A program made the position numbers and the translations under genes. The notes under the pieces are model-generated. The model saw only the letters and a list, made by a program, of their open reading frames with translations. It searched no databases and had not been told where the DNA came from. A stretch of 60,556 nucleotides of DNA, filler included, from Dugesia japonica (taxonomy: Eukaryota): the NCBI GenBank assembly GCA_001938525.1. It is 5 parts of 5 records of this genome, joined end to end, with 100 filler letters (N's around TTAATTAATTAA, not from the genome) between each part and the next. Parts side by side here need not be neighbours in the genome. Positions count along the whole stretch, not along the records: positions 33,575 to 45,122 come from MQRL01640439.1; positions 45,223 to 60,556 come from MQRL01638571.1; 3 more parts are not named here. The stretch is one strand, 5' to 3'. Shown here one piece after another: positions 38,777 to 52,330 of this stretch (positions are counted from its first letter, which is position 1; each line of letters starts with the position of its first letter).

Positions 38777-40110
38777 ATTCCCGGTGATATCAAGAGATTT
38801 GGATCAAGCGGATCAAAGATTGAGTGCATATGGACCGGTGACAAAGAATGGTTAGAGTCAATTTCAGGAAAGACCATTGACTGGGATTCCACTTTATCAG
38901 TCCGCAAGGCTATTAGTAACATCGGCAACCTAGGAGACCGAGGTGGACAACAGCAGATCCCACGTCTACTTAAGACCTGGCTCCATTGATTAAGATGTAA
39001 ACAATGACTATTTACCGCCGCCCGAAGGGTTGACATGGACAGACATATTGGAGTTCGAAATGGTAACGTGCAAATAGTTGGTCCCCACGCCTGCCAGCAA
39101 TGTTGATATGCATGCATAAGCATAGGACAACTCTGAAGACATATCCTTACATGCGAAAATTCTAGGACAATGACTAACTCTAAGGTTAAGAATGGAGATA
39201 CACCTAACCCAACGTCAGATGAGTGACAATTCATTATACCGAGATAAAGAGGATGATGGCATTGCAAACCTTAAACTGGTCTTGGTGGCACTGATCTGGA
39301 AATCAGAGATCACTTGTTTTTGAAGAGAGTATCCCGAGCATAACCTATATTGTCAGGGGGTCTTCAGGTTCATGGGTCCCAGGAAACTCGAAAAACCAGT
39401 CCATGTGTCTACAAGCTATGAAAATGTGTAAATATCTACTCCAATTTCTGAGGAGATCTTCAAATGACCTTGATAATGGTAAAAATTCATGTAGTTATTA
39501 GGCGAAGTTAAAATACAATCACTAACAAGGTGAGTACGCCGAAATGTACTAAAAAGTCACAATGTTACCCTTACAAGAAGCTGGCTGGTTGACTATCCGG
39601 TGGCAGCTGACCAGTCACTGTAAGTCTAGAGACAAGACACAGGTACTCAGAAAGTAGAAACGATTATGAATAACACGGACAGATATAACCGATCAGGGAA
39701 TGACTAAACGATCATACTACCATGATAATAGTAACTCTGATCAGTACGAGAGGAACAGCAGTTTTGGATCAATTAAAATATACCAATGACGACTTACTGG
39801 GTTATCAAGCTTAAAAATAGGCGCTTGGCAGCCACTATATTTCAAGGTAACCGTCATAAACGTGAAACAATATATGAGAGATAGAGACCGAACGACTTTA
39901 AGTCTGAATCTCACCTAAATATCATGATAAAAGCGCTCAATAATATTACCTATCGACACAAGTCATTGGGTGTGGCCTAGCCATATACTTAAACTCAGAC
40001 CTTTCTATGCAAGTGGATTGGATGTTCGAGCCATCACAATGGTATACGTGTGAGCCAAAATAAGTCGCCTTTTAAGTGGCTTCAATATGATTTATGAGTT
40101 CCCAAATGAC

Positions 40111-40392
40111 CGGTTAGCCAATGATTGACCAAAGCAATCGAAAGAATCCAGCCCCAAACCATTCTTCATGAACGGTTAGCCGGTGATTGATTATTATGAT
40201 TGAAAGAATCTAGCCCCAAGCCTAAATAAATATAAATCTAGATGTAGCAATAACAGCAAATGAGCTATAACAGTTTGGATAAGCGGTTAGCTGGTTATTA
40301 ACTGTAGTGATTAAAGAATCTAGCCACAAGCCATCCTTTATCGATTATTAGCTGGTGATTAACCACTACAGTTGAAATAACCCGGCCACAAG
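40111..40392 (+). repeat. Four ~50-nt hairpin repeats with variable centres
   Basis: CGGTTAGC..TGATT-variable-GAAAGAATCYAGCCMCAARCC at 40111, 40173, 40284 and a degenerate copy at ~40346. Confidence 0.88.
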
Positions 40393-42804
40393 CACTATGG
40401 AAACTGCTCAACCATAGACAGACGTTCAATTCATCTTATAACCTTCACAAAGTGTTAGGATTAAAATTGTTGAGAAAGCAATAACTGATTTGTCAAGCTT
40501 AAAAATGGGTTTTTGGAGACTACAACATTTTATTTCGATGTAAATGCTAATTGACGAGAGGTTGTTGGTCCAATACGGGATTCTACGGCTACAAAACTGT
40601 TCTTAGGAACGACGTCGAATAAACCAGCAACTGTAGCAAAAGTATATTTATAAATTAAATTTATGTATCTTTTGTTCTAGTTATCCATTAAGACTTTTTC
40701 ATCAATAATCCTTAATAACTGTTCGGTCAGTTTGGAAAACTAATCGAATCATTAACATCAGAATTTAACTCCATAAATTTATTAAAATAAAAACTATAAC
40801 ATAATTATTTGGTTAATCAAACAAATTAAAGTGCTTCAGTTGCGAATTATTTTCTAATAAATTTAAAATTTTAATTTAAAAATTTAAGCAAATCATTATC
40901 TGTTTTCGAAATTTTATTTAAAATAACTTTCACAAAATTTTTAAACAANACATCATTCACAACTAAAATATTTAAGTTTTACTTTTAAAAATTTTTAAAC
41001 TATATAAATATTTTTATATAAAAAAATATTTGAATTAATCTTTAACTAAACATAATTTTCGTACCAAAAATTTATTTAAATTTCTTGATTAATTTGTGAC
41101 TTCCTATTCATCAAATAAGAGATTTTTTAAAAATTAATTCCAATCAAAGCACAAAAATTTTAACTCGCTTCAAAACCACTCACAATAACTATGTACTATA
41201 TGTATATTATATATACAGACATAAATAAAAACCTAATGAGCAAATTATCCAATTTTTTGATTTGATTTGTAAAATGTATAATTTGAAGTGTAAAACAGAT
41301 ATATGCAGTTTTTAATTCTCTATCGATTGATACAAAATTCCAAAAGAAATTTCATTTAAATAAAAATAAACAAAATCGAAACAAAAAAATTATAAATCAA
41401 AATTCAAAACTCAGTACAAATTTCGACATCAAATTCTGCCCTGAAAGAATTTTGATCCCAGGGAGAGGGGATTGGGGCAGTTCTGAACTATGTAGATACT
41501 AATCATTTAATTGAAATTTAAGAAAAATGCTCTAAGTCCGAATTATCAAGATTTTACAAAATTAATTAATTGACTAAAAACAACATGTATCAATAGAAAA
41601 ACTTTAGAAAGTAAAGATCCAAAATTCTCGAAAATTATTACAGTATTATAATTTAATAATTAATTTAAAACTAAATTTTTGTATTTATTCAAAAAACACA
41701 AAATGACATAAGTACATAAAATCAAAAGTCTTTGTGCCATAAGAAGCTACTTCTATTAAAAAACACCCATAGAATCAACATTTTTCGCAATAATATTCTC
41801 AGTAATAACATTGAAAACATGTTGAATATTAGATGTGTCCGTTGCACAAGTAAAATGTGAATATATAATCTTTTCTTTTTTCTTATTTAACATTTCAAAT
41901 GTTTTCCTAATATATTCTGATGTTTCTTCAAAATTATTGTTACCTAATTTATAAAAAATTGATAAAATATTTCAAGAAATTCATGAAATATAAAAAGATT
42001 TTCCCAATTAAAACTAAAGATGGATTTATTTTGATTGATTTTAATGGGGAAATATGATTTTAGAATTTATGGAAATTGTTAAGTAAATTTTATCATAACG
42101 TACTAAAAGGTATATGTTAAAATATTCAATAAAGCGGATTATTGACCGTTTAAATTTAACTTTTGGTTATTAAACTTGATACCAAAGAAATGGTACAAAC
42201 CATTGGCATTATTTATTGAGTCTTAATATTCTTAAATTGTGTTAGTCAATTTAAATACACTTTGATTCTAGTCTAAAATGATCTTATAAATTTCTAATGG
42301 TAGTGATTTCTCTCACAATAATGGTGAGAAAAATTACAGATATTTACAGATAGTTTTATCTTTACATAGATAATTTGTTGAATACTTTAATACAGAAATA
42401 TGCTATTACCCTAATAATACTTGTGGTATAAAGTAATTAAAACTTTGAGCACATAAAAATAGATGTGATATTATTATATTCTCTTTACAATCAACCAACT
42501 AATATAACTTTTATATATTACATAAAATTCTTATAATTATTCAAATCTTTGTTTCTTGAGAGGTTATTCAAAATCTAAGTGTAGGTATTTTTGACAAAAA
42601 ATTTAATAACAAAGCCACTTTAAAAAGTTACAAAATACAATAAATCATCAAATATTAAAACATTTCACTGGCTTCACAATAATGACATTGTAATATTATT
42701 GCACTAACTCTGCGGTTAAATATATTCGATTTAAATGAAACTAGATATGATTTTATTGGTTTTAGTCTAATATATTTTGTTAAGGAGTTCAGTTCCGTAA
42801 TATA

Positions 42805-42828
42805 TATTAGGTTGTCCGAAAAGTAATG
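42805..42828 (+). repeat. Isolated mariner-type TIR
   Basis: TATTAGGTTGTCCGAAAAGTAATG, similar to the TIR-like sequence at 9182. Confidence 0.5.
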
Positions 42829-43016
42829 TTAAAGTTGCAAATAATCCAATTTAAGTATTATAATATTTTTAAATTTAATTGTGTTTAAATGTTTTATTTG
42901 CATTAACCTTAATAGTCAAATAATATGTCAATATTATAAGTAAAGTAAGCGCTGCTACTTATTAGAATCATTCGCTTTATAGAATTAAATTCAAAAGGAT
43001 TGTTCTTCGTCCACCT

Positions 43017-45122
43017 TGTAAGGATTAAAAATTACAATTGAAAATTTGAAAAAGAAAATGTTAAAAGATTTCAAGAAATTTTTAAAATATTTAAAAACTT
43101 TGTTTAAATACTCAGCTTTTAAAAAATAGTTTTTGAAGAATTGAAATTTCGTTTCATAAATAAAATTTTATTGAATTTAATAGAATTTTCAGAAAGTTTT
43201 TTTGTAACTAATATGGCGACCAGCGCTTCAATGGACCTCATTCGAGAAGCCCTACATCCAGGAATTTACCGGCATGGTGACGACATTAAAGAGTTTATCA
43301 ATGGTTGCACCAAATACTACGAATGTATTGGTGTAAAAAAAGGATAAAAACCTCTTGGTGGTTGGAGAAGCATATGAATGCAAAGATGAATTTTTAGATT
43401 TTGAGGACCAACTAAGGAAAGGGTTCCACAAAAGGACTACTCTAATACAAGACTTGGTAGAAGTTTTAAAATACAAGAGAACGGATGAACTCGTTTATTT
43501 GTACAAGAAAAGGATTTTAGCTTTGGTCAATAAAATCTTTGCACATAACCTATACAAAGAAGATATGAAAAAAGAATTAATATTTAATAGTTGCCGCGAT
43601 AAAAGGATGCAAAAAAAGATTAAAGGAGGCAAACTAGCTAACTCGGAAGAGATATTTGAAATAATAAAAACAAATGATGAACTAAAGGAGGACCTGAAAA
43701 AACAGGCAATATAAATACGGTGGAGAGTTGCAGCAGAGGCATGACAAAAGAACGTTTCACATGAGTTAACCTAACTCAAAGTGAATCCAAAAAAGAAATT
43801 AAATGTTGGTCATGTCAGAAGATAGGTCATATCACCAGAAGTTGTCCCGAAAAGAAAAGAACGTAATACCCATGCGGATCAGAGAATTTTATAAGAAGAA
43901 ATTGTGACAGAATTAGATGTTCAAGATGTGGAAAAAATGGACATCATACAGAACAATGTTATACTAATTTAGAGAAAAAGGGTGTGTGAACTAATGACAG
44001 AAGACAGCAGAATAACGAACAAAGAAACCAAGCAGCACTATACAGTCGAAGAGAGGGAATAAGCAGAAGATATGGCGATAGTAACAGATTTCCAAAACAA
44101 AGTGGGAAGACATCAGTTAATAATGGATTCAGGAAAAGAGACGGCGATAGATATGCAAACGCAATAGTAGAGGAGGATGATAAAGAGAGGAGATAATATT
44201 TTTTATTGCGATGAGGAGACAAACAGGTATAGAGAAGAGACCCCAAACAGGCAAGCTCCATCTAAAGTCTAAGTCTAATTTAAGCAATGAACTGAAAAAC
44301 AATCCAGATCGCGATATACATATGTATAGTAAAAGTAGTTTAATTAATAGTATAAAGGATGAAAGTAAAGAAGAAAGAGTAGGCAGAAAGGTTAATGCGT
44401 TTTTAAAGAAAGATTAAAGAGATATGTATAATACAGATATCAAGATAATGAAAGAAACGAAAAATGATGATAACAAAATAATGGTATTAGAAGAGAATGA
44501 ACAAGTACTAATAAATTATGATAGAATGCAAAGTAAACCCAGTGTGGAAGTTAGAATTCAAGGAAGATATATGGACTGCCTTTTGGACACAGGTGCAAAG
44601 ATAAACGTGATGAGGCTAAATATTTTTAGAAGTCTGACAAATGTGGAGCTGATAGGAACTGATGACGTGTTAAAATGTGCAAATAATAGCAGAATGAACA
44701 TTGTGGGTAAGATATATGTAAAAGTGAAGATCAGAAACAGTAAGAAAACAGCACAATTCACCGCAGTGGAATAAATGAGTCAGAATCTTGTTGGAGGAAT
44801 AGACATAAAACGCCAGTTTGGATACCGTTTAACGAAAGAAACAAAGGATTTTGAGNNNNNNNNNNNNNNNNNNNNNNNNNNNNNNNNNNNNNNNNNNNNN
44901 NNNNNNNNNNNNNNNNNNNNNNNNNNNNCTTTAAAAATTAAGATGACAAAGCGAGACGAGAAACTGAAAAAGGTAGGTAGGTATTCTCAAAAGGACTAAA
45001 ATAGCATTATATAACTCTAGGTAGAGCGGATCCAAAAGGCAAGACTGCGAGTGAATCCAAAGAAATGACACCTATTAAGCAAAGAACTGAAATTTTTTGG
45101 TCACATAATAGATAAAGAAGGA
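43017..45122 (+). mobile_element. Degenerate Ty3/Gypsy element, 5' half (LTR, PBS, gag with three Zn knuckles, PR, RT scraps)
   Basis: TGTAAG at 43017, PBS TGGCGACCA at 43214, gag MDLIREALHPG, CWSCQKIGHITRSC and CSRCGKNGHHTEQC plus a broken middle knuckle, CLLDTGAKIN, RLRVNPKK/FFGHII. Confidence 0.9.
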
Positions 45123-45222
45123 NNNNNNNNNNNNNNNNNNNNNNNNNNNNNNNNNNNNNNNNNNNNTTAATTAATTAANNNNNNNNNNNNNNNNNNNNNN
45201 NNNNNNNNNNNNNNNNNNNNNN
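45123..45222. other. Artificial scaffold linker
   Basis: N44-TTAATTAATTAA-N44. Confidence 0.97.
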
Positions 45223-45678
45223 AGTTATGTGTTTCTGTGAAGGGGAGTACTATTGCAAATAATGTGTTTCCGTGGAGGAGTAGGGTTAGGGTTAGAAAAA
45301 TTTTCAAAAAATTATGACTCATCAAAAAAATCAAAATGGCCAGAGGGTGGGGGGTAGAGGGAGGGTATTATGGTGTCTTTGTTCTGACTTAGAAATAATG
45401 TCAAAAAATTTCAAAATTCTGACTCATCAAAAAAATTATAAAAAAAATATTTTAAAAGAAATTTTTAAAAAATCAAAAACAAAATATTTAGAAAAATATA
45501 GTTTTTGAAAAAAAAGTTTTTTTTAAAAAAAAACAATAAAATTAAAAAATAATTTTTAAAGAAAAAAAAATATAATAAAATTTAAAAAAAGTGGGCGTGG
45601 TCATAAAGTGACTCATCGTGGAGGTAGGGGGTACCCCCATCGAGGGGTCCTGGTTTGGTGCGCTCATTTCTACCTACT
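45223..45678 (-). mobile_element. Probable Polinton-type terminal repeat end
   Basis: G-rich block ending ...GCGCTCATTTCTACCTACT (reverse: AGTAGGTAG), like AGT-initiated Polinton termini; three TGACTCAT sites. Confidence 0.45.
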
Positions 45679-46799
45679 TACGAGATATTGTTTAATTTTC
45701 CCAGGCTTTGGGATATCTACAACTCGAAGAGAAATGTATGTAAAAAGTGAATGTAAGTCCAGAACGGTGATAAGAATGAAATATTTATAAGACATAAAAA
45801 ACCTCGACTCCCAACAAATAGATGCTTTGATGATCAAATTTGAGATACAATTTATTTTTTCGAAAAATTCTGTAAAATATTGAAAAGAACAAAAATAATT
45901 CCCTGTAAATTCTCAGACGTGTGGTATAAAAATGTTTGAAATATTAGCATAAAAATTATTTATGAAAATTTTTTAAAAATTTGGCTGTTTACCAGGATTT
46001 TAATGAAAATTTGAATTAAAAATCATTAATTTCAATAAATTTAAAGAAAAATCAATAATTTCATTTAATTTAAACAAAACATTAATTAACTTTACTTTAT
46101 TTAAAGAAAAATTAAGTTTCCGTATGATGACGTTATCGAAGATATAATTGTGACATAATATAGTTATTATGTAATATTATCCCTGTTAGATGAATCTGTA
46201 ACATTCATCTTTGCTTAAAAAAGGAACACTTTTAATTAGAAGATTTATTCACAATATTAATTTGTTTTTTAAACAAATTTAAAGTTTTATAACTGAGACT
46301 TGAACAAAAAATATTAGTTTATCAAAATATTTTTTTAAATAAAATTTCAAAATTCCAAGCAAAATGTTTTAAAGAAAATTATACAAATATTATATTTAAT
46401 TAATTTATTTATTATATTTAAAATATACTAAAAATTATAAATTTAAAGTTTAGTTTTTTGTAAACATTTAAATACGTAAAATTTTATGTTCACAAATTTN
46501 NNNNNNNNNNNNNNNNNNNNNNNNNNNNNNNNNNNNNNNNNNNNNNNNNNNNNNNNNNNNNNNNNNNNNNNNNNNNNNNNNNNNNNNNNNNNNNNNNNNN
46601 NNNNNNNNNNNNNNNNNNNNNNNNNNNNNNNNNNNNNNNNNAAAATTTAAAATTCCTTTTAAAAACTTCTTTTCAATCCATATGACGTTAAAAGAAATAA
46701 CAAAAGTAATAAAACAATAACAAATAGTAACTATATAAATACTTCATAATTATTACGTGGGGTTCTAACCACGAGTGCTCGCATCAGACTACCTTTTTT

Positions 46800-48700
46800 A
46801 TTATTATTTGAAAAATTATCAATTCTTATTTAATTATTTTATACTATATTTTCTTATACTTCCTTTTAGTTTCTTTAATAATAACTAGTAAATTCAAATA
46901 GATGCTTCCATGTTGGATTTATATTTTTTTCTTTCATATGATTTTCGTCTTTCATTTTCTATCCAAGTGTTACATATTCGTTTTCTATATATTATAGTGG
47001 TATATTTAGTAATTATTTCTTTTATTATTTTCACGGGTTTCCCTTTTTAACTTCTGTTGGGATCTCTGTAAACAAGCAACACAAAATAAACATCGCACGC
47101 ATAAATAATACATACAAACATACATATTCTATCAACTCATTAGTCAAGATCAACGTTCGAAATTCAAATCCAACATGGAACACTGCCCATACAGAATCAA
47201 CATTCGATAGTGATTAGACGATATTATTTCAATAACTGAACATTATTTATATTTTGACTCTATGTTATTATATAAAATATGGAATATAATTAATTCAATG
47301 TACAAAGCTGTTTATTTTTCAATATTNATTTTATTACAATCTGTTTATTCTATTANTGTANATAAAATTATNTTAGATTATCGATTTTGGATTTTAATTA
47401 TTATAATATCTCGGAATTATTAGAAATTTTCTTACTTTGGGTTATCGATTTTAATTATTAAAAGTAAATTTTTTATTTATTTTGTAAAGGTTTTATGTTT
47501 TGTTTGGTTAAGAGCATTTTGCATGCGAGTGAAATCAGTATAAATACTGACTGATTTCACTCAATTTTTAGACATTTTTAATCGGTTAGAATCCAACCTC
47601 TCTGGGCGGCATCTCTAACACGATATAAATTTAGCTTATAAGATGTATAAGACTTTTCAACACTATTATTTTATATACCAAAAAAATTATAGTAGAAGGT
47701 ATATTTTTCATTTATTTATATAAGGCAACTATACTATATACCATATTAAAAAGTTTTCGGTAAAATATCATTTATATAATACTGTAGCAACATAGCAAGG
47801 GTAAAATCAACACCCGTGAAATTAGAAACATATTTTTCAATAGCTTTTAACTCAACGAACCATAAAATTACTATGTTGTGTAGAAATACCCAACACTTCC
47901 AAGTTTACTTTAACAGACTATTGTCAAGTTTAATACAATTTCTCTTGCTACATTAGCGGAAATACTTCTTAATCTTTTTTTTATTAACATGTAAATACCA
48001 TTTTGATCCCATTTTCTCGATTTATTTTCTAACTCAAAAAGAATAATTGTCTGCAATATCATGAAATTTTCGACTATTTATCCCATAATTACAATTTTTC
48101 TTTGCATCTTGTTTTGGCACGTTTCAATTTTCTTTATTCAGTTCTTGGTGATTCTAATTCATTTTTACTTTTTGCTTTATTGTTTCTGATTTATTTTATA
48201 CTATTTATTATTATATAATACTTCTCACGAATTAATCGTTTGTAATTTTTTCTTTTTTTCAGCAAGATGCCATTAATTCTTTTTCTTGCTTATAATGTAC
48301 TGATAATTAATCTTGTTATTATCATTACACAACAAAGTTTGTATATTTTCAAACTTAAAAGGATCAGCTTGTACACATTCTTTGATGATATTCTAAGAAT
48401 TTGATTTTTTTAATAACAGGGGATACTTTTCCAGATTAATCTTTAGTCTTGCTTTCTTGATCTCCTTCAATACCTTCTTAATCTTTTTTAAAATCGAAAT
48501 GTTTCATCTTCATTTTTAAAGATTTATCGCAGTTCCTTATCGATAAAATTCATAAAAATATGCTCCTTTTACTTTTCTTTATTCCTAAAAATTCAAAGTA
48601 TTTAGTAATCCTTTTCATAAGCTTTTTCACGTTATTTCCTTTCGTCAAGATTCCATAAATTATTACTGCATTGATCAAATCCATAGATGTGCTGATCACC
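46800..48700 (-). mobile_element. Heavily decayed Gypsy pol remnant
   Basis: Minus-strand KVLKEIKKARLKINLEK (~48425-48480, RT end), RKELMA (~48270-48287, RNase H), PKQDAK (integrase, cf. KQDEK at 3170). Confidence 0.55.
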
Positions 48701-49681
48701 ATGTTAGTTATATTAAAACTTTCATATTTTTACCTGATTTTGTAAATATTGAAACAAATTTTGTGTTTTTGAATATTAATTAAATCTTGATTAGTAAAAA
48801 CATGTATACACCTCGTTAACGATTGTAGTATGAATACTATAGCATTTCATATATTTTTCGCCCTATTTTTGAATATCCCAAATCGATTTGTGTTATATTG
48901 AGACAACACTCGCGAGATTAATATAATAACGCATAATTTGTAATACATAATTTGTAATAAGGATATACTTTTAAAGTAAATCTTTTTATTGAATTTTATA
49001 GGACAAGACTATAATAGTTTATCACTTATATAAATAAAATATTATTTTATTTATGGTATTAATAATAAGTCATATGATTCGTCTACATAATATATATTAT
49101 ATTTGGATTTGCAATTTGTCTTAATTTAAATTCTAAACTCATGAATTTGTTGACTTGACTTTGCCAAATCCCAAAGCCATCTCAACAGTATTTTCAACTA
49201 AGGGCGGAAATGTAACTTGTGCTTTTCGATAAATTTTCCTAATTTTAGCTGATGTATATCTGATATCGAAAGTATCTGATGAATTACTTTATAAGCGCTT
49301 AAGTTGTTTATAAGTTTTTAATAAGTTATTTTATAAGTTACATTTATTTGTATAAATTTTGTCAACACAAATTATTTCTTTAATTGCATTCTCAAAGTTG
49401 CTTATATTTTAAATCAATTTCAAAATAAAATTTATAGATAAAATTGATAAAAAAAAAGTAATCAATTTCTACAGTTTAGAGGTTTGTTTTAGTAAATCAA
49501 ATAAATAAAACTAATTGTTTTTGTTTTTCTGTAAATTATAAATGTATCATGAAATGATTTTTTCTTTATTTGCATCACACATTTTTATATTTTATTAATA
49601 AATTTTTATAAATGAGCAATGTGTTCATCATGAAATTCGTTATTCATAGAAAAATGTTTTATTTAGATCTGAAAAGGCGTT

Positions 49682-49793
49682 ATGTTAAACATTCGAGTTT
49701 TACTAGTTAATGGTCAGCATAAAGACTATCAATTTACCTCAGAAACTACAGCACAAGAAATTTGTAATCACATTTATAATAATTGGCCAGAAG
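49682..49793 (+). CDS. UBL3: Ubiquitin-like protein 3 (UBL3/MUB), first recognisable coding exon
   Basis: MLNIRVLLVNGQHKDYQFTSETTAQEICNHIYNNWPE vs human MINLRLILVSGKTKEFLFSPNDSASDIAKHVYDNWPM; GT donor at 49794. True start codon uncertain. Confidence 0.9.
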
Positions 49794-49845
49794 GTGTGTG
49801 AACATAAAAAATCATTTTTGTTTGAATATAGAAGTTTATAATTAG

Positions 49846-49926
49846 AATGGACAGAAAAACCTAATCAGAATATTTTACGACTTATTTATCAGGGACGATT
49901 TTTCATGGATGAATCAACTCTAGAAA
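49846..49926 (+). CDS. UBL3: UBL3 next coding exon
   Basis: AG acceptor 49844-45 after a 52-nt intron; EWTEKPNQNILRLIYQGRFFMDESTLE with hallmark NILRLIYQGRF. Confidence 0.93.
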
Positions 49927-50799
49927 GCTAGTTTTTAATTTTTTTGTTTGATTTTAATTTAAGTTTATTTTTTAAATATTTCTTGTTAAATTGATTTAAA
50001 GTAAATTAATATAATTTATAATACTTACTCCATCCAATAAAAAAGTGTATTTTTAAAAATATTAATAAACAAAGAAAATTTGTATTTTTAAAATATTTAC
50101 GAGATAAAACGTTAATATTAATCAATTAAAATTGACTTTATGACAAGAAGTAAGTATTTATTTATTTATGGATTTATGCTAATTAATGAGATTTCAATTA
50201 ATTTAAATCATTGAATATTAAATTTATATTGAATTTTGTGAGTTTTCATATCTATTAGAAAATAATATCCTCTTGACTGTCATAGAACCTTTGTATGTAT
50301 AAGTTTAAAATCAATACTAGTTAAAATAATCCATAGAATTTATCAAAGTATAATTCGTAAAAGATTTGTGTATCAATTATAATTTATTAGAGTGATACTA
50401 TTGAAAATAATTTGCATAATTTCTATTAATTTCATTTATACGATTATTTACTTCAAATTTATTTCACTACATTATTTATTTATTTGACTGTTAGGTTTGA
50501 TTTTATTTACTTTTATTTATGCTATTATATCCTATTATATACTATTATGCTATTATATACTATTATATGCTATTATATTAAAACATGCTTCTTTTTGTTC
50601 GATATCGGCCACTACAATAGTGGTCGATGTTTTAAAGAAATAGATATGTAATTTGATTTTTTATAATAAAAAAATATTTGTTGAAAGAAATAGATATGTA
50701 ATTTGATTTTTTATAATAAAAAAATATTTGTTGAATTTGTTATCTTAAATGTTTTATAATTTTCATTTTTTTACGGTGAAAATCAATTGTTTTCTGAAG

Positions 50800-52330
50800 A
50801 CGACCAATTGTATATTAATTTTTTTGCAGGGAATTAACATTGAATTACCTCCAAATTTTACAATTAGGATATCTTTTAGTGTAATTTTTTTTTGATTCGG
50901 TAAATTTATAGTAAAAAAAAATGATTGGTGTCTTTGATACCTTTCTGCTTATCAACAATTGTCAAACTTCTCAAATTTGTTGACAATGGAAAGTCCCTTT
51001 GTGACATTTCATGTAAATCTTTTCTGATATTTTCATGTTTTTGTATTCTCTCTATCCTTGCTAAATGCAGCAATGGAATCGTATCCAATATATTTATTTT
51101 CATATTTTTCTGTCTTATTATTATCATGTCTGGCCGGAGTTTAGTATCAATACCTTTTGAAGAAAATTCACACTGGCTATCAATTGTCTCATTTTTTTCA
51201 ATTGGGAAGCGATTTTCTCACAATCTTATGGGATTTGTTTTATTTTTTNNNNNNNNNNNNNNNNNNNNNNNNNNNNNNNNNNNNNNNNNNNTTTTTTTAC
51301 ATTGTCTGAAATGATTAAGTATATTGTTTTTAGTCTGAGTTGGTTGCAGTTAATGTGGGGCAATTTATTTCCAGCTGGTACTTTGAACAGAAAGTATTTT
51401 TCAATTAGATTAGTATTTTTTTTATAAATTTACTGATATAATCTGATAATTCAATGTTTAGAGCAGTGAAACCTTGAGTTAATTTCTTCCATTTTTAATA
51501 ATAAGTCATTTCAATCTTTGTATCAAGACATTTGTACAGTTTTGATTTTAAATCTTAATCAAAAATAATATTCAATTCTTATGTTGTATTCGATTATTCC
51601 ATTAATTTATTATTGTTATCCATTTAAAAAATTAATTTTGTCGTTTTATGCTACCATTTTTTTTATTTATTCTTTCAATTATATGGCCTTTATATTTTTT
51701 AAATATGTTTATCTGCAAAATCTAATTCTTTCATTGTAAATTTCTTGAAAGTATGCACAATACTTTGAGTATATTATTCGTCTATAGCAGATATAAAACT
51801 AGTTCTTCAACGTTTGCTGACATATTTATGGATGCAATATCATGGAAACTGTTCAATACTTTCATTATTGATTTCATCATTCTTTAAATAACATATTCTA
51901 GTTGGTTGGTGTTTTTGCTGTTATTTAACTTCACTTGGAGAATATTTCTATTTCTCTTACCATATATAGGGTTGGACGGTATGAAATATTTTTAGATTGA
52001 TATCTTCTGAGCTGAATGTAATCTTGATAATTGAACCTTCTCATAACCTCGTGGAACTTTCATTATGATCTCATCCAAAAAGAATCACCAGTTTTCTTTT
52101 ATGGTCTTTGAAATTATCTCATAAAATATCTCAAAGTCTCTTCTCTTACTCCTCTTACGGTTCAATACAAAATGTCCACATTTATTTGAGTTGAGTAAAT
52201 TTTTACATTTATTACAATTCTGAAAGTTTGATTATTTACTTGAGCATTTCATCTATTTTATCCTAGTCCATTGGAAAGGTGCTAATAAAGCAGTATTATA
52301 CTCGTAAAACATTTCTTATTTATTTGAAAT
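50800..52330 (-). mobile_element. Decayed R2/NeSL-like non-LTR element (restriction-like endonuclease) inside the UBL3 intron
   Basis: TKLRPDMIIIRQKNMKINILDTIP...ARIERIQKH matches the RPD..D..K RLE motif; degenerate CCHC remnant (CP..C...NILNH) at ~51315-51365; ALLAPFQ at ~52271-52291. Confidence 0.65.

Larger units (their letters stand above)
36692..40650 (+). mobile_element. RTE-like non-LTR retrotransposon with internal deletions and long structured UTRs
   Basis: Sharp rise in GC content; APE start RFGTWNISGL...LSETH; RT EYGDDL...ISSSKTKAM...DKFRYLG; IFPTI.Y.AETW...DHIRNEIL; C2H2-like remnants at ~38990-39155. Right boundary approximate. Confidence 0.8.

Noticed and set aside
40111-40392. 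CRISPR array or SECIS elements
   Set aside because: Variable parts are only ~12 nt, repeats are degenerate, context is eukaryotic with no cas genes; ATGA-to-AA spacing is too short for a SECIS.
45282-45295. Telomere (TTAGGG)
   Set aside because: Only about two units, internal to a repeat element.
50637-50735. 50-bp exact tandem duplication
   Set aside because: Two copies of AT-rich sequence; ordinary slippage or assembly duplication.
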